From contig CAJYAE010000012.1 of assembly GCA_913064685.1 (NCBI GenBank), forward strand, positions 943-64,942: DNA of 64,000 bases, given 5' to 3'. A program made the position numbers and the translations under genes. This stretch comes from an uncultured Gammaproteobacteria bacterium (GTDB lineage: Bacteria > Pseudomonadota > Gammaproteobacteria > Pseudomonadales > Azotimanducaceae). How positions within the stretch are numbered: position 1 is the first letter of the stretch; each line of letters starts with the position of its first letter. Below are positions 18,988-27,726 of the stretch, one piece after another. The notes below the pieces were generated by a model. It did not search any database, was not told the DNA's origin, and saw only the letters and a program-made list of their open reading frames with translations.

Positions 18988-19569
18988 ACCACGTACCGGT
19001 TGGCCGTTGGGTTTCAAGCCATGCTCGTCTACCGGCAGATCGGCGTGCTCAATCCCTGGCTGCAGGGTCGCGCAGAACTCCAACATAATGCCGTCAGGGT
19101 CGAGAAAGTAGAACGAGCGAATCCAGGTTTTCTCCGACGCCTCCGCCCCTACGTGTGACTCTTCACCGGTAACCACATCGTTATGGTTAACCACCGGCGT
19201 ACAATCAACACCCTTGGCCACCAACTGTTCGCGGTAATCGTCTATTTGCTCTGCTGCAACATTGAACGCAACATGATTCATTGAACCATGAGCAGAGCTA
19301 ATATTGCCGGCACGGCTACCAACAATATTTTTTACTGAAGCCACACCGGGTTTTGCAGGTTCAGCATCGTTAAACCAGAAGAATGCAAGCTCCGAGCCAT
19401 TGCCCATATCAAAAAAGAAGTGCTGGCCGTAGCCTTCCAAATCAAAACCCTTGGTCAGACGCAAACCCAGCGTATTGGTATAGAAATCTACTGTGCGAGC
19501 CATGTCCTTGCACACCAGAGCGAGATGATGAACTCCGTTAAGTTGTATCGCTGCCGACTCCGTTGCCAT
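18982..19569 (-). CDS. VOC (glyoxalase/dioxygenase-fold) protein
   Basis: GVHHLALVCKDMARTVDFYTNTLGL plus a second beta-alpha-beta-beta-beta module. ATG 19569 follows GGGGAG. Confidence 0.75.
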   Translation of the reverse strand: MATESAAIQLNGVHHLALVCKDMARTVDFYTNTLGLRLTKGFDLEGYGQHFFFDMGNGSELAFFWFNDAEPAKPGVASVKNIVGSRAGNISSAHGSMNHVAFNVAAEQIDDYREQLVAKGVDCTPVVNHNDVVTGEESHVGAEASEKTWIRSFYFLDPDGIMLEFCATLQPGIEHADLPVDEHGLKPNGQPVRGL

Positions 19570-19638
19570 GCTGATCTCCCCTATCAGTGCACCAGCTTCT
19601 TTTCTGGCAGAACTTCTCGGCAATAGCAACCAAAGCCG

Positions 19639-20229
19639 CTATGCCAGCAAGAGGGCCCAAAGCACTACCGCAATGGTGAGCAACGCCAAACCGCGGTTTA
19701 ACACCTTACTGGCGCCGAGCGCGCGGCGCAGCATAACGCCAGCCAGACACCAGCTACTGTGGAAAACCAGCTGAGCTAGGACAAAACTCAGTGGAATCAG
19801 TAAATATTGCTCAGCAACCGTGGGCGTCGCGGGCATGAATTCGGAAAACGCAAGCACGGCCATAACCCAAGCCTTCGGACTGAGCGGATGCACGAAAACG
19901 CCATCACGAAAACTCAATTCGCGATCCGGGCGCTGAGTATCTATGTGGGCGTTCCAACCGCGCAGCGACAGCCAAATCATGTATGCAACACTCAGTACGG
20001 CAAAGACTTTGGCTATTTCAGGGTACTGTTGCACAATGCTTGTGAGCCCGAGCGCCATCGCGACATTAAGCAGCAATTTACCGCTGATCAGGCCAATATT
20101 GAAAGGTATGCATCGCGCGAAGCCGTATTGCGCCCCTGCAGTCATAATCAGTAAGTTTGCAGGGCCTGGGGTACTCACCATTAACACAATAAAGAGCCAC
20201 AAGGCGCCGTAACTATCGAACATAAGCAC
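19639..20229 (-). CDS. LysE/RhtB family amino-acid exporter
   Basis: 196 aa, 6 TM, with N-terminal PGPANLLIMTAGAQYG typical of LysE translocators. Confidence 0.8.
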   Translation of the reverse strand: MLMFDSYGALWLFIVLMVSTPGPANLLIMTAGAQYGFARCIPFNIGLISGKLLLNVAMALGLTSIVQQYPEIAKVFAVLSVAYMIWLSLRGWNAHIDTQRPDRELSFRDGVFVHPLSPKAWVMAVLAFSEFMPATPTVAEQYLLIPLSFVLAQLVFHSSWCLAGVMLRRALGASKVLNRGLALLTIAVVLWALLLA

Positions 20230-20351
20230 ATGCTCCGCTGGGCTCGGCGCCTACCAAAGCAAAAGTCGCGGCAGGCATAGCAAACCAAATAATGTTAGTC
20301 ATTATTAAAGGCTTATGGTATCTACACACAGAATTTCTTGGGAGAGCGATC

Positions 20352-21383
20352 ATGAAAATTTCCGAACCTGTTCAATTTAAGGGCGTACCCGGATCACCTT
20401 ATACGCGAAAAATGCTCGCCTATTTGCGTTTTCGTCACATACGCTACCAACTGCTTATTGGCGATCAAGCAAACAACTCCGAGTTACCCGAACCCAAGGT
20501 AAACCTGCTGCCCACCTTCTTTCTGCCGGACGAAAATAACGAACTGCAGGCCGAGGTTGATTCAACACCGCTGATTCGTCGCTTTGAAGCAGACTTCGAC
20601 CAGCGGCGCACTATTCCCCAAGACCCGGTGCTGGGGTTTCTAAACTATCTAATCGAAGACTATGCGGACGAATGGCTCACCAAGGCGATGTTCCACTACC
20701 GCTGGTACTATCAGGCGGACATCGATATGGCGGGCACCATATTGCCACGTTGGACCGGCATTCAGTCGCCCGAAGAAGAATTGCAACAACGCAGGGCCTA
20801 TATCGCCGATCGTCAGATCTCGCGTCTGTATGTTGTCGGTTCCAACGACACGACAGCACCCGTGATCGAAGCAAGCTACAAGCGGTTCCTGCACATCTTT
20901 GATGGAATGCTACAGCGCTATCCCTTTGTGTTTGGTGCACGCCCCTCCTCAGCAGATTTTGGCATCTACGCACAACTGACCCAGCTCGCAAAATTCGACC
21001 CTACGCCTGCCGCGATCTGCATGCAGGAAGCACCACGAATTCACGCATGGACCGATGTAATGGACGATCTAAGCGGCAACTCTGCCAACGAGACTGATTG
21101 GCTCAACCTGCAGGACAGTCCAGACCATCTAAAAGAACTACTGAGCGAAATCGGTCGCGTATACGCACCCGCATTGCTCGCCAACGCTAAGGCTCTGCAA
21201 GCAGGCCAAGAAACCATGACAGCAACGATAGATAGTCAGCCTTGGGAACAACCGACATTCCCTTATCAAGCGAAGTGTTTACAATGGATTAATGAGGAGT
21301 ACCAGCGACTAGGCAATAACGGTCAGGGCCAAGTGGATGCATTGATCGAGAATACCGGTTGCGAAACTATGATCTTTAAATAG
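20352..21383 (+). CDS. GST-fold protein, long form
   Basis: GVPGSPYTRKMLAYLRF marks a GST N-terminal domain, with an alpha-helical C-domain. ATG 20352 follows GGGAGAG. Confidence 0.65.
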   Translation: MKISEPVQFKGVPGSPYTRKMLAYLRFRHIRYQLLIGDQANNSELPEPKVNLLPTFFLPDENNELQAEVDSTPLIRRFEADFDQRRTIPQDPVLGFLNYLIEDYADEWLTKAMFHYRWYYQADIDMAGTILPRWTGIQSPEEELQQRRAYIADRQISRLYVVGSNDTTAPVIEASYKRFLHIFDGMLQRYPFVFGARPSSADFGIYAQLTQLAKFDPTPAAICMQEAPRIHAWTDVMDDLSGNSANETDWLNLQDSPDHLKELLSEIGRVYAPALLANAKALQAGQETMTATIDSQPWEQPTFPYQAKCLQWINEEYQRLGNNGQGQVDALIENTGCETMIFK

Positions 21384-21450
21384 ATCCGCCAGCGGACCCT
21401 ACGGCTCAGCCCTAAGGTCAATGGCGGACAAAATCCACGGGGGCGCCGCC

Positions 21451-22305
21451 ATGATACAAATCACACCTACTGGTCAGGCTTGTGGAGCTGAAATTCGCGG
21501 TGTCGATTTATCCCAGCCACTGGACGCGCAAGCGATTCACAACATTCGCACCGCTTGGCTGGAACATCATGTGCTGGCCTTCCCAAATCAGAACCTTTCC
21601 GACCCGGATTTAGTGCGCATCACTCAATATTTCGGCGGTCTCGGCGAAGACCCTTATTTCGTGCCCATTAGTGACGACAATCCGGTCGTTGCGCTAAGTC
21701 GCCGCGCCGATGAGCAAGCGCCAGTATTTGCCGAGAGTTGGCATAGCGACTGGAGCTTTAAGACGCACCCACCTATCGGCACCTGCCTCTACAGTTTGGT
21801 TATACCACCGGTTGGCGGCGACACGAGTTTTGCCAATCAACAGCTTGCGGTTGCTACTATGCCGAGCGACTTACGCGCACGGTTAGACGGTAAAATCGCT
21901 TTGCATTCTGCCGCCGCCGCTTACGGGCCCGACGGCACCTACGGCGAGAAAGATCAGGGGTCAGATCGCACCATGGAGATTTTGTTTTCGGAGAGTGCGC
22001 TTGAGACGGAACGCCACGCCATCATCAACGTACATCCTGAAAACGGCGAAGAAACATTATTTAGCACGGCGGGCTATATCTGCGCCATTGAGGGCATGCC
22101 CCAAGACCAAGCCCAGCAATTGATCGTTGATTTGTATGCGTGGCAAACCCGTAAAGAATTTCAATACACCCACAAATGGCAACCGCACATGTTCGTTATG
22201 TGGGATAACCGCTCAGTGTTGCATAAGGCCAACGGTGGTTACGACGGCTATGCCCGAGATCTGCATCGCACCACAATTGCAGGCCACCCAGAACTCAGTC
22301 TTTAG
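21451..22305 (+). CDS. TauD/TfdA family Fe(II)/2-oxoglutarate dioxygenase
   Basis: ITPTGQACGAEIRGVDL, WHSDWSF (the HxD of the facial triad) and WDNRSVLH. Confidence 0.85.
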   Translation: MIQITPTGQACGAEIRGVDLSQPLDAQAIHNIRTAWLEHHVLAFPNQNLSDPDLVRITQYFGGLGEDPYFVPISDDNPVVALSRRADEQAPVFAESWHSDWSFKTHPPIGTCLYSLVIPPVGGDTSFANQQLAVATMPSDLRARLDGKIALHSAAAAYGPDGTYGEKDQGSDRTMEILFSESALETERHAIINVHPENGEETLFSTAGYICAIEGMPQDQAQQLIVDLYAWQTRKEFQYTHKWQPHMFVMWDNRSVLHKANGGYDGYARDLHRTTIAGHPELSL

Positions 22306-22327
22306 CACCGCCGGAGAGCATCTATCT

Positions 22328-23299
22328 ATGAAATGCTGGACCCTGTATTTGGTGCTGCCGGGACGGTTTGGGCCAATCATTTCCGGCGTTCTGATCCTCA
22401 TCACTCTGACTGCACTGCAGCTCAGCCTAGTCGGTGATTACTTCTGGATATCTACTGGGATATTTTTTGCCGTGATCCTGAGCTATCTACCTGCCGTCTA
22501 CGTCTACATACTCAGCATTACTCAAAAGGCAATAACGGAACTTAGGCCCAATCTAGAGGTCAGTAATCAGAATATCTCAGCCGTCGTGCAACGCATGGAG
22601 CGTCCAGGCGCTCGATTTCAAATCACCTGTTTAACTATTGGTATGATTTGTGGGCTCCTCCACATCAACTTTATGGGGTTCATCCCCATTACTGCTGACG
22701 GCGAGCTGGATTTTTCTGCGACGCTGGTGAAGATATACATCGTAGGCACATGCCTGACTTGGTGCATGATGACCACCGTCATCTCCAGCCTGATTCAAAA
22801 CAGCTTTCTTATCGGCAATCTGGCTAACCACCTCAAGCAAATTGACCTGTTTAGTAAACAACCGTGGCAACCTCTGGCACGGGTTGCTATTGCTTCTTCA
22901 CTGGCGTTGATCGGCAGCAACGCAATCTTTCCACTGTTGTTCATCGACAATACCGCGGAATCTGCAAGCAAAATGTTGCCCGGCATGGCCCTGACAATAC
23001 CATCGGTCGCAGCCATGGTTATGCTGCCGCTAGCCGCTGCGCGGCGCCGTATCGCCGCACAAAAGACCCTACGTCTCCTGAGCATCGACCAGGCCATTGC
23101 AAAATTGCCGGAACCAAAAAGTCATATAGAGATGCAAACCCTTAACACTTTGCTGGATCAGCGCAACCATCTACAGCGCGTATCCAGTTGGCCACTCAAT
23201 TTGGGCAACATCGGGCGGCTATTGTTTTATATGTTTATTCCACCCCTCACGTGGGTTGGCGCCGCATTAATTGAACGGTTAGTCGACGGCTTCGTTTAG
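22328..23299 (+). CDS. Polytopic membrane protein, unknown function
   Basis: The track ORF 22127-23299 overlaps tauD. The first ATG after the tauD stop (22328) gives a 323-aa protein with about 7 hydrophobic segments. No family recognised. Confidence 0.5.
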   Translation: MKCWTLYLVLPGRFGPIISGVLILITLTALQLSLVGDYFWISTGIFFAVILSYLPAVYVYILSITQKAITELRPNLEVSNQNISAVVQRMERPGARFQITCLTIGMICGLLHINFMGFIPITADGELDFSATLVKIYIVGTCLTWCMMTTVISSLIQNSFLIGNLANHLKQIDLFSKQPWQPLARVAIASSLALIGSNAIFPLLFIDNTAESASKMLPGMALTIPSVAAMVMLPLAAARRRIAAQKTLRLLSIDQAIAKLPEPKSHIEMQTLNTLLDQRNHLQRVSSWPLNLGNIGRLLFYMFIPPLTWVGAALIERLVDGFV

Positions 23300-23453
23300 C
23301 AAGCGACAGCACCGACCAAAGTTAAAATTACTGCTGGTAGTAATGCCTTCCCGTTCTAGTCTGGTCACCGCAGAACTTTTGCCCGAAACCCATGACATAT
23401 TCAGTAATGGTTGCCATTATCACACCCTTGTAACGACCGCCAAGGGCAACACT

Positions 23454-24749
23454 ATGCAATTGCAAACCCGAATTCGCTCGACTGTCGCAGGGTTGCTGAG
23501 CTCTACGAAATTCGCGGCTCTAAGCCGGCACATTGCTCGGGGCAGACGTCGGATGTCAGGAATGGCGCCCACGGTCTATTACTTTCATCAGGTGGACGAT
23601 CCTCATAGCCACTTGGCGGTACAGAAACTAAACCAGTTGCGTCAGCAGTACGCCCTGCCGTTTATCACGCACCTAGTTAGCGCATCAGCCGACGACTTCA
23701 AAGGCAGCGCTGAGCACTTCCAGCATTGGACGCAGCAAGATGCCTTAGCGATCGCCAAGGGCTACGGAACCACACTGGACATCACGAACACTCCAACACC
23801 GGAGCAAGTTTACCAAGCCAACTCGCGACTGAGCGCACACCTAAACATCGACACCTTTGCCGCTGAGGCTTACGCTACAGGCACTGAGCTATGGACATCC
23901 GGCAACTTAAACGAAATTGACGCTGCGCGCACAAACGACACCGAAATCGCCCTCAAGAACGGCAACGCCTTACAAGCAAAACTCGGCCACTACGCAGGCG
24001 CCATGTTTTATTTCGACGGCGAGTGGTATTGGGGCCTTAATCGCTTGCACCTATTGGAACAACGGCTCATCGACGAGGGATTTGCATCTGCAAACGCAGC
24101 GCCCTGTGTGACCCTGCCTGAAGCACGCAACACCAGCGGCCTGAACGCCAAGCACATTAGCCTTGAATACTTCCCGTCGCTACGCAGCCCCTACACAGCG
24201 ATAGGTCACAAGCGCGTGCTTGAACTCATTGAGCGCAGTGGCGTCAGCGTGAGATTACGTCCGGTGATGCCAATGCTGATGCGTGGTGTACCCGCCCCTG
24301 CGGCCAAACAGCGTTATATCATTACCGATGCCGCCCGTGAGGGCCGGTTCTATGGCGTTCCCCTCGACCGCATTGTCGACCCGTTCGGCGACCCGGTAAA
24401 AGCTGCATTTAATCTATATGCAGGCGCGGATGCACTCGGCCAAGGTATGGAGTTTGTTACCGCCTATCTGTCCGCCGCTTGGCAGCGGGGTGTCGACATC
24501 ACCACTACAGCCGGCCTTCAGCAAGTGGCCGTTGAAGCAGGCATCGATTGGCAAGCTATGGTCGACGCCGCGGCAAAGGCGGATTGGCAAACGCTGCTCA
24601 ACGACAACCTAAGCGCACTCACCAGCGCTAATTTGTGGGGCGTTCCAAGCTTTCGAATCAGCGGTGGCAATAATTCAGCACCCTTTGTTTGCTGGGGTCA
24701 GGATCGAATCTGGCGCGTTGAAGATGAAATCGCGCAACGCGTTAAGTAA
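23454..24749 (+). CDS. Two-domain DsbA-like / 2-hydroxychromene-2-carboxylate isomerase family protein
   Basis: It has two thioredoxin-like modules (TVYYFHQVDDPHSHLA... and LEYFPSLRSPYTAIGHK...LWGVPSF). Both lack a CxxC, as in HCCA isomerases. Confidence 0.65.
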   Translation: MQLQTRIRSTVAGLLSSTKFAALSRHIARGRRRMSGMAPTVYYFHQVDDPHSHLAVQKLNQLRQQYALPFITHLVSASADDFKGSAEHFQHWTQQDALAIAKGYGTTLDITNTPTPEQVYQANSRLSAHLNIDTFAAEAYATGTELWTSGNLNEIDAARTNDTEIALKNGNALQAKLGHYAGAMFYFDGEWYWGLNRLHLLEQRLIDEGFASANAAPCVTLPEARNTSGLNAKHISLEYFPSLRSPYTAIGHKRVLELIERSGVSVRLRPVMPMLMRGVPAPAAKQRYIITDAAREGRFYGVPLDRIVDPFGDPVKAAFNLYAGADALGQGMEFVTAYLSAAWQRGVDITTTAGLQQVAVEAGIDWQAMVDAAAKADWQTLLNDNLSALTSANLWGVPSFRISGGNNSAPFVCWGQDRIWRVEDEIAQRVK

Positions 24750-24838
24750 TGCTCCAAGCGGCGCAGCAGCATATAACTGCTGGTCTACGCGGCCAAAGCG
24801 GGTTTTAATTTATCGATAACAGCAATTAAGCCAGCATT

Positions 24839-25363
24839 ATGAACCTCACTTGGTCTCATGCAGTCATTTACGTTCAAGACGAAAATATCATGTTGGATTT
24901 CTATACCAACGTGCTTGGTTTTCAGATCACCGACCGCGGCCCATTAAGCGACGGCGCGCCCGACATCATTTTTCTGAGCCAAAACCCGACAGAGCATCAT
25001 CAACTGGCTATGGTCCCAATTAGACAAAACACTAGCGCCTCCAACTCGGTCAATCATTTCGCCTTTCGTCTCGTGGAATTCACAGATCTCAGGCGTTTGC
25101 ATGATCGCCTCCACGACACGGACGGGATTAATATCAGCCCAGTGTCTCATGGCAATACGTTATCGCTGTATTTCAACGACCCTGAGGGCAATGGATTAGA
25201 AGTGTTCTGGGATACCCCTTGGCATGTGGCACAACCTCAGGGTCAACCGTGGGATATCACAATGAATAAAGACGAGGCACTGACTTGGGTCGAAGCGAGC
25301 TTCGGCAAAGAGGTCTCTTTTCGGCCCCAAGCAGACTACTATGCCGAACGCCGCACCACCTAA
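24839..25363 (+). CDS. VOC (glyoxalase/bleomycin-resistance/dioxygenase-fold) protein
   Basis: HAVIYVQDENIMLDFYTNVLGF, HFAFRL and YFNDPEGNGLEVF. Confidence 0.75.
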   Translation: MNLTWSHAVIYVQDENIMLDFYTNVLGFQITDRGPLSDGAPDIIFLSQNPTEHHQLAMVPIRQNTSASNSVNHFAFRLVEFTDLRRLHDRLHDTDGINISPVSHGNTLSLYFNDPEGNGLEVFWDTPWHVAQPQGQPWDITMNKDEALTWVEASFGKEVSFRPQADYYAERRTT

Positions 25364-25392
25364 CCTAGACCGCAACACATTTCGAGACCAAC

Positions 25393-27075
25393 ATGACTCT
25401 GACTCTAGCTCGCGCAAAAGGCAAAGCAACTGATTTAATAGAAACCACCATCGGCCAACGACTCAACAAGATCGCAGCCGTACAGCCGGAACATCCGGCC
25501 CTGATCATGCCTCACCAAAGTATTCGTTGGAGCTACGCTGAGTTTTTAACACAGGTAAACAAACTTGCCACCGGTTTACTGGCGCTGGGCCTAGACAAGG
25601 GCGATCGTGTAGCGATCTGGTCACCTAATCGGTACGAATGGGTGCTGACGCAATTTGCGACCGCAAAAATCGGCGCAATCATGGTGTGTATCAACCCAGC
25701 CTATCGGCTCTACGAGCTCGAGTACGCACTGAATAAAGTCGGCTGCAAAGCGATTATCAGCGCCGAATCGTTCAAAACCAGTTATTACTTGGAGATGCTG
25801 CAGGCCTTGGCGCCTGAGCTTGAAAACTGCGAGGCCGGCGCGCTTGTCGCGGAAAAACTGCCTCATCTCAAACACGTGATTCGAATGGGCAGCGAAAAAA
25901 GTGCCGGCATGCATAACTTTAGCGCCGTATGCCAACTCGGGAGCGCCGCTGAATTTTCGCAGCTGGACGTTATCGAGGGCCAGCTGCATGCCAATGACCC
26001 CATCAACATCCAGTTCACCAGTGGCACTACCGGCAACCCGAAAGGCGCAACCCTCTCCCACCGCAATATTCTGAATAACGCTTATTTTGTAGGCCAGAAC
26101 ATGCACCTGAGCGCAGCTGACCGGCTGTGTATTCCGGTTCCGTTATACCACTGCTTTGGCATGGTAATGGGCACTCTGTGCTGCGTCAGCCACGGTGCCA
26201 CCATGGTATTGCCCTGCGAGGCCTTTGATCCTCAGCCAGTGTTGCAAGCTGTGCAGGACGAACAATGCACGGCATTACATGGCGTACCTACTATGTTTAT
26301 CGCCGAACTAGATGATCCTAACTTTGCACACTATGACGTCAGTTCTTTACGCACTGGGGTCATTGCCGGCTCTACTTGCCCCCGCGAATTGATGAAACGG
26401 CTGATCAGCGATATGGATCTTGCAGGGATCGTGATTGCCTACGGCCAGACCGAGTGCAGTCCTGTGGATACGATGACCGAGATGGATGATCCCTTTGAAG
26501 CGCGCGTCAGTACCGTTGGCCGGCCCCACAGCAACTGGGAAATAAAAATATGTCGCGAAGACGGCAGCATTGCAAATATCAATGAAACCGGCGAAGTCTG
26601 TGCCCGTGGCTACGGGGTTATGCAAGGTTACTGGGACGACCCAGAACGTACCGCCCAGACTATCGACACTGATGGTTGGCTGCATTCCGGGGATCTTGGC
26701 GAAATGGACGCTCAGGGCTATGTCAAAATTACCGGCCGGATAAAGGATATGATCATCCGCGGCGGCGAGAACGTCTATCCGCGAGAGATCGAAGAGTTTC
26801 TGTACACCCATCCGGATATTCAAGAAGTCCAAGTCTTTGGTGTACCCGATGCCAAGTACGGCGAGCAGGTCGCAGCTTGGGTGCAACTGCGAGAAGACAG
26901 AATCTTAGCTCCGCAGGACATCGCTGAATTCTGTGCCGGACAAATCACCCATTTCAAAGTTCCTCGGTACATCAAACTAGTCGACGACTACCCCATGACC
27001 GTGACCGGAAAAATGCAAAAATTCGTAATGCGTGATCAATACGCAAAAGAGCTGGGACTAGACCAAACAGGTTGA
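25393..27075 (+). CDS. AMP-forming acyl-CoA ligase (fatty-acid-CoA ligase family)
   Basis: FTSGTTGNPKGATLSH (A3), YGQTE (A5), SGDLG, RIKDMIIRGGENVYP (A8) and PMTVTGKMQK (A10 lysine). Confidence 0.9.
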   Translation: MTLTLARAKGKATDLIETTIGQRLNKIAAVQPEHPALIMPHQSIRWSYAEFLTQVNKLATGLLALGLDKGDRVAIWSPNRYEWVLTQFATAKIGAIMVCINPAYRLYELEYALNKVGCKAIISAESFKTSYYLEMLQALAPELENCEAGALVAEKLPHLKHVIRMGSEKSAGMHNFSAVCQLGSAAEFSQLDVIEGQLHANDPINIQFTSGTTGNPKGATLSHRNILNNAYFVGQNMHLSAADRLCIPVPLYHCFGMVMGTLCCVSHGATMVLPCEAFDPQPVLQAVQDEQCTALHGVPTMFIAELDDPNFAHYDVSSLRTGVIAGSTCPRELMKRLISDMDLAGIVIAYGQTECSPVDTMTEMDDPFEARVSTVGRPHSNWEIKICREDGSIANINETGEVCARGYGVMQGYWDDPERTAQTIDTDGWLHSGDLGEMDAQGYVKITGRIKDMIIRGGENVYPREIEEFLYTHPDIQEVQVFGVPDAKYGEQVAAWVQLREDRILAPQDIAEFCAGQITHFKVPRYIKLVDDYPMTVTGKMQKFVMRDQYAKELGLDQTG

Positions 27076-27083
27076 ATAACGCA

Positions 27084-27500
27084 ATGGAAATTTTACCTTA
27101 CGAGACCAATGACGAAAACGAGGTGATCGCACTCTGGGATGCATGCGGCCTCATAACCCCTGCCAATGATCCGCAAATGGATATCAACCGGAAAATAGAG
27201 GTTGATCGAGATCTCTTTCTGGTAGGTCGCAACAAAAGCGCAGTAGTGGCCACTGTGATGGGAGGCTACGAGGGACATCGGGGATGGATTAACTATCTGG
27301 CTGTTGCCCCCGGCGAGCGGCGCCAAGGCTACGGCCAAAAAATGATGGCGGCCGTTGAGGGACTTATCGAAAAAAAAGGCTGCCCTAAGATCAATTTACA
27401 AGTTCGCGCGACCAATGAAGAAGTCATCGAGTTTTATAAAGCGCTTGGTTATAGAGTTGATGATGTCATCGGATTGGGTAAGCGCTTGAAAGTTGACTAA
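27084..27500 (+). CDS. ypeA: GNAT N-acetyltransferase, YpeA-like
   Basis: Collinear with my recollection of E. coli YpeA (MEI..., NDPxMDIxRK, TVMGGYxGHRG, GCPKI, GLGKRL). ATG 27084 lies 9 nt after the ligase stop. An alternative TTG at 27072 overlaps that stop. Confidence 0.75.
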   Translation: MEILPYETNDENEVIALWDACGLITPANDPQMDINRKIEVDRDLFLVGRNKSAVVATVMGGYEGHRGWINYLAVAPGERRQGYGQKMMAAVEGLIEKKGCPKINLQVRATNEEVIEFYKALGYRVDDVIGLGKRLKVD

Positions 27501-27726
27501 TCCGGACTTTTCTTCGCCACAAAGGTGCAACATGTAATGCTCGTAGGCGCATAATTTTTACCTGAGCCCGCACGTCTATAACCAATCTATCCAGTACCAG
27601 ACCTTTAAGGATTTCAGTCGTTCCAAGCGCAAGCAACTGTTCCAGACTCAGTGTCTTGCCCCGACGATTAATGTGATTCATTGTTAAACTCCGAGATCGC
27701 GCAATCATATGCTGGAGAGTGCTCTA

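Noticed and set aside
22127-22327. The long version of the membrane-protein ORF starts at 22127 and overlaps the last 180 nt of the TauD gene.
   Set aside because: The overlapping part translates to Cys/Thr/Pro-rich non-protein-like sequence. The hydrophobic protein begins cleanly at ATG 22328, after the tauD stop.
27466-27708. An 80-aa minus-strand ORF fills the spacer between the GNAT and the dehalogenase (MNHINRRGKTLSLEQLLALGTTEILKG...). I considered it as a remnant of a transposase or HTH protein.
   Set aside because: I could not match it to any family. It overlaps the GNAT 3' end and abuts the dehalogenase start region, and it has no SD. It may still be a gene fragment, but the sequence alone does not support a call.
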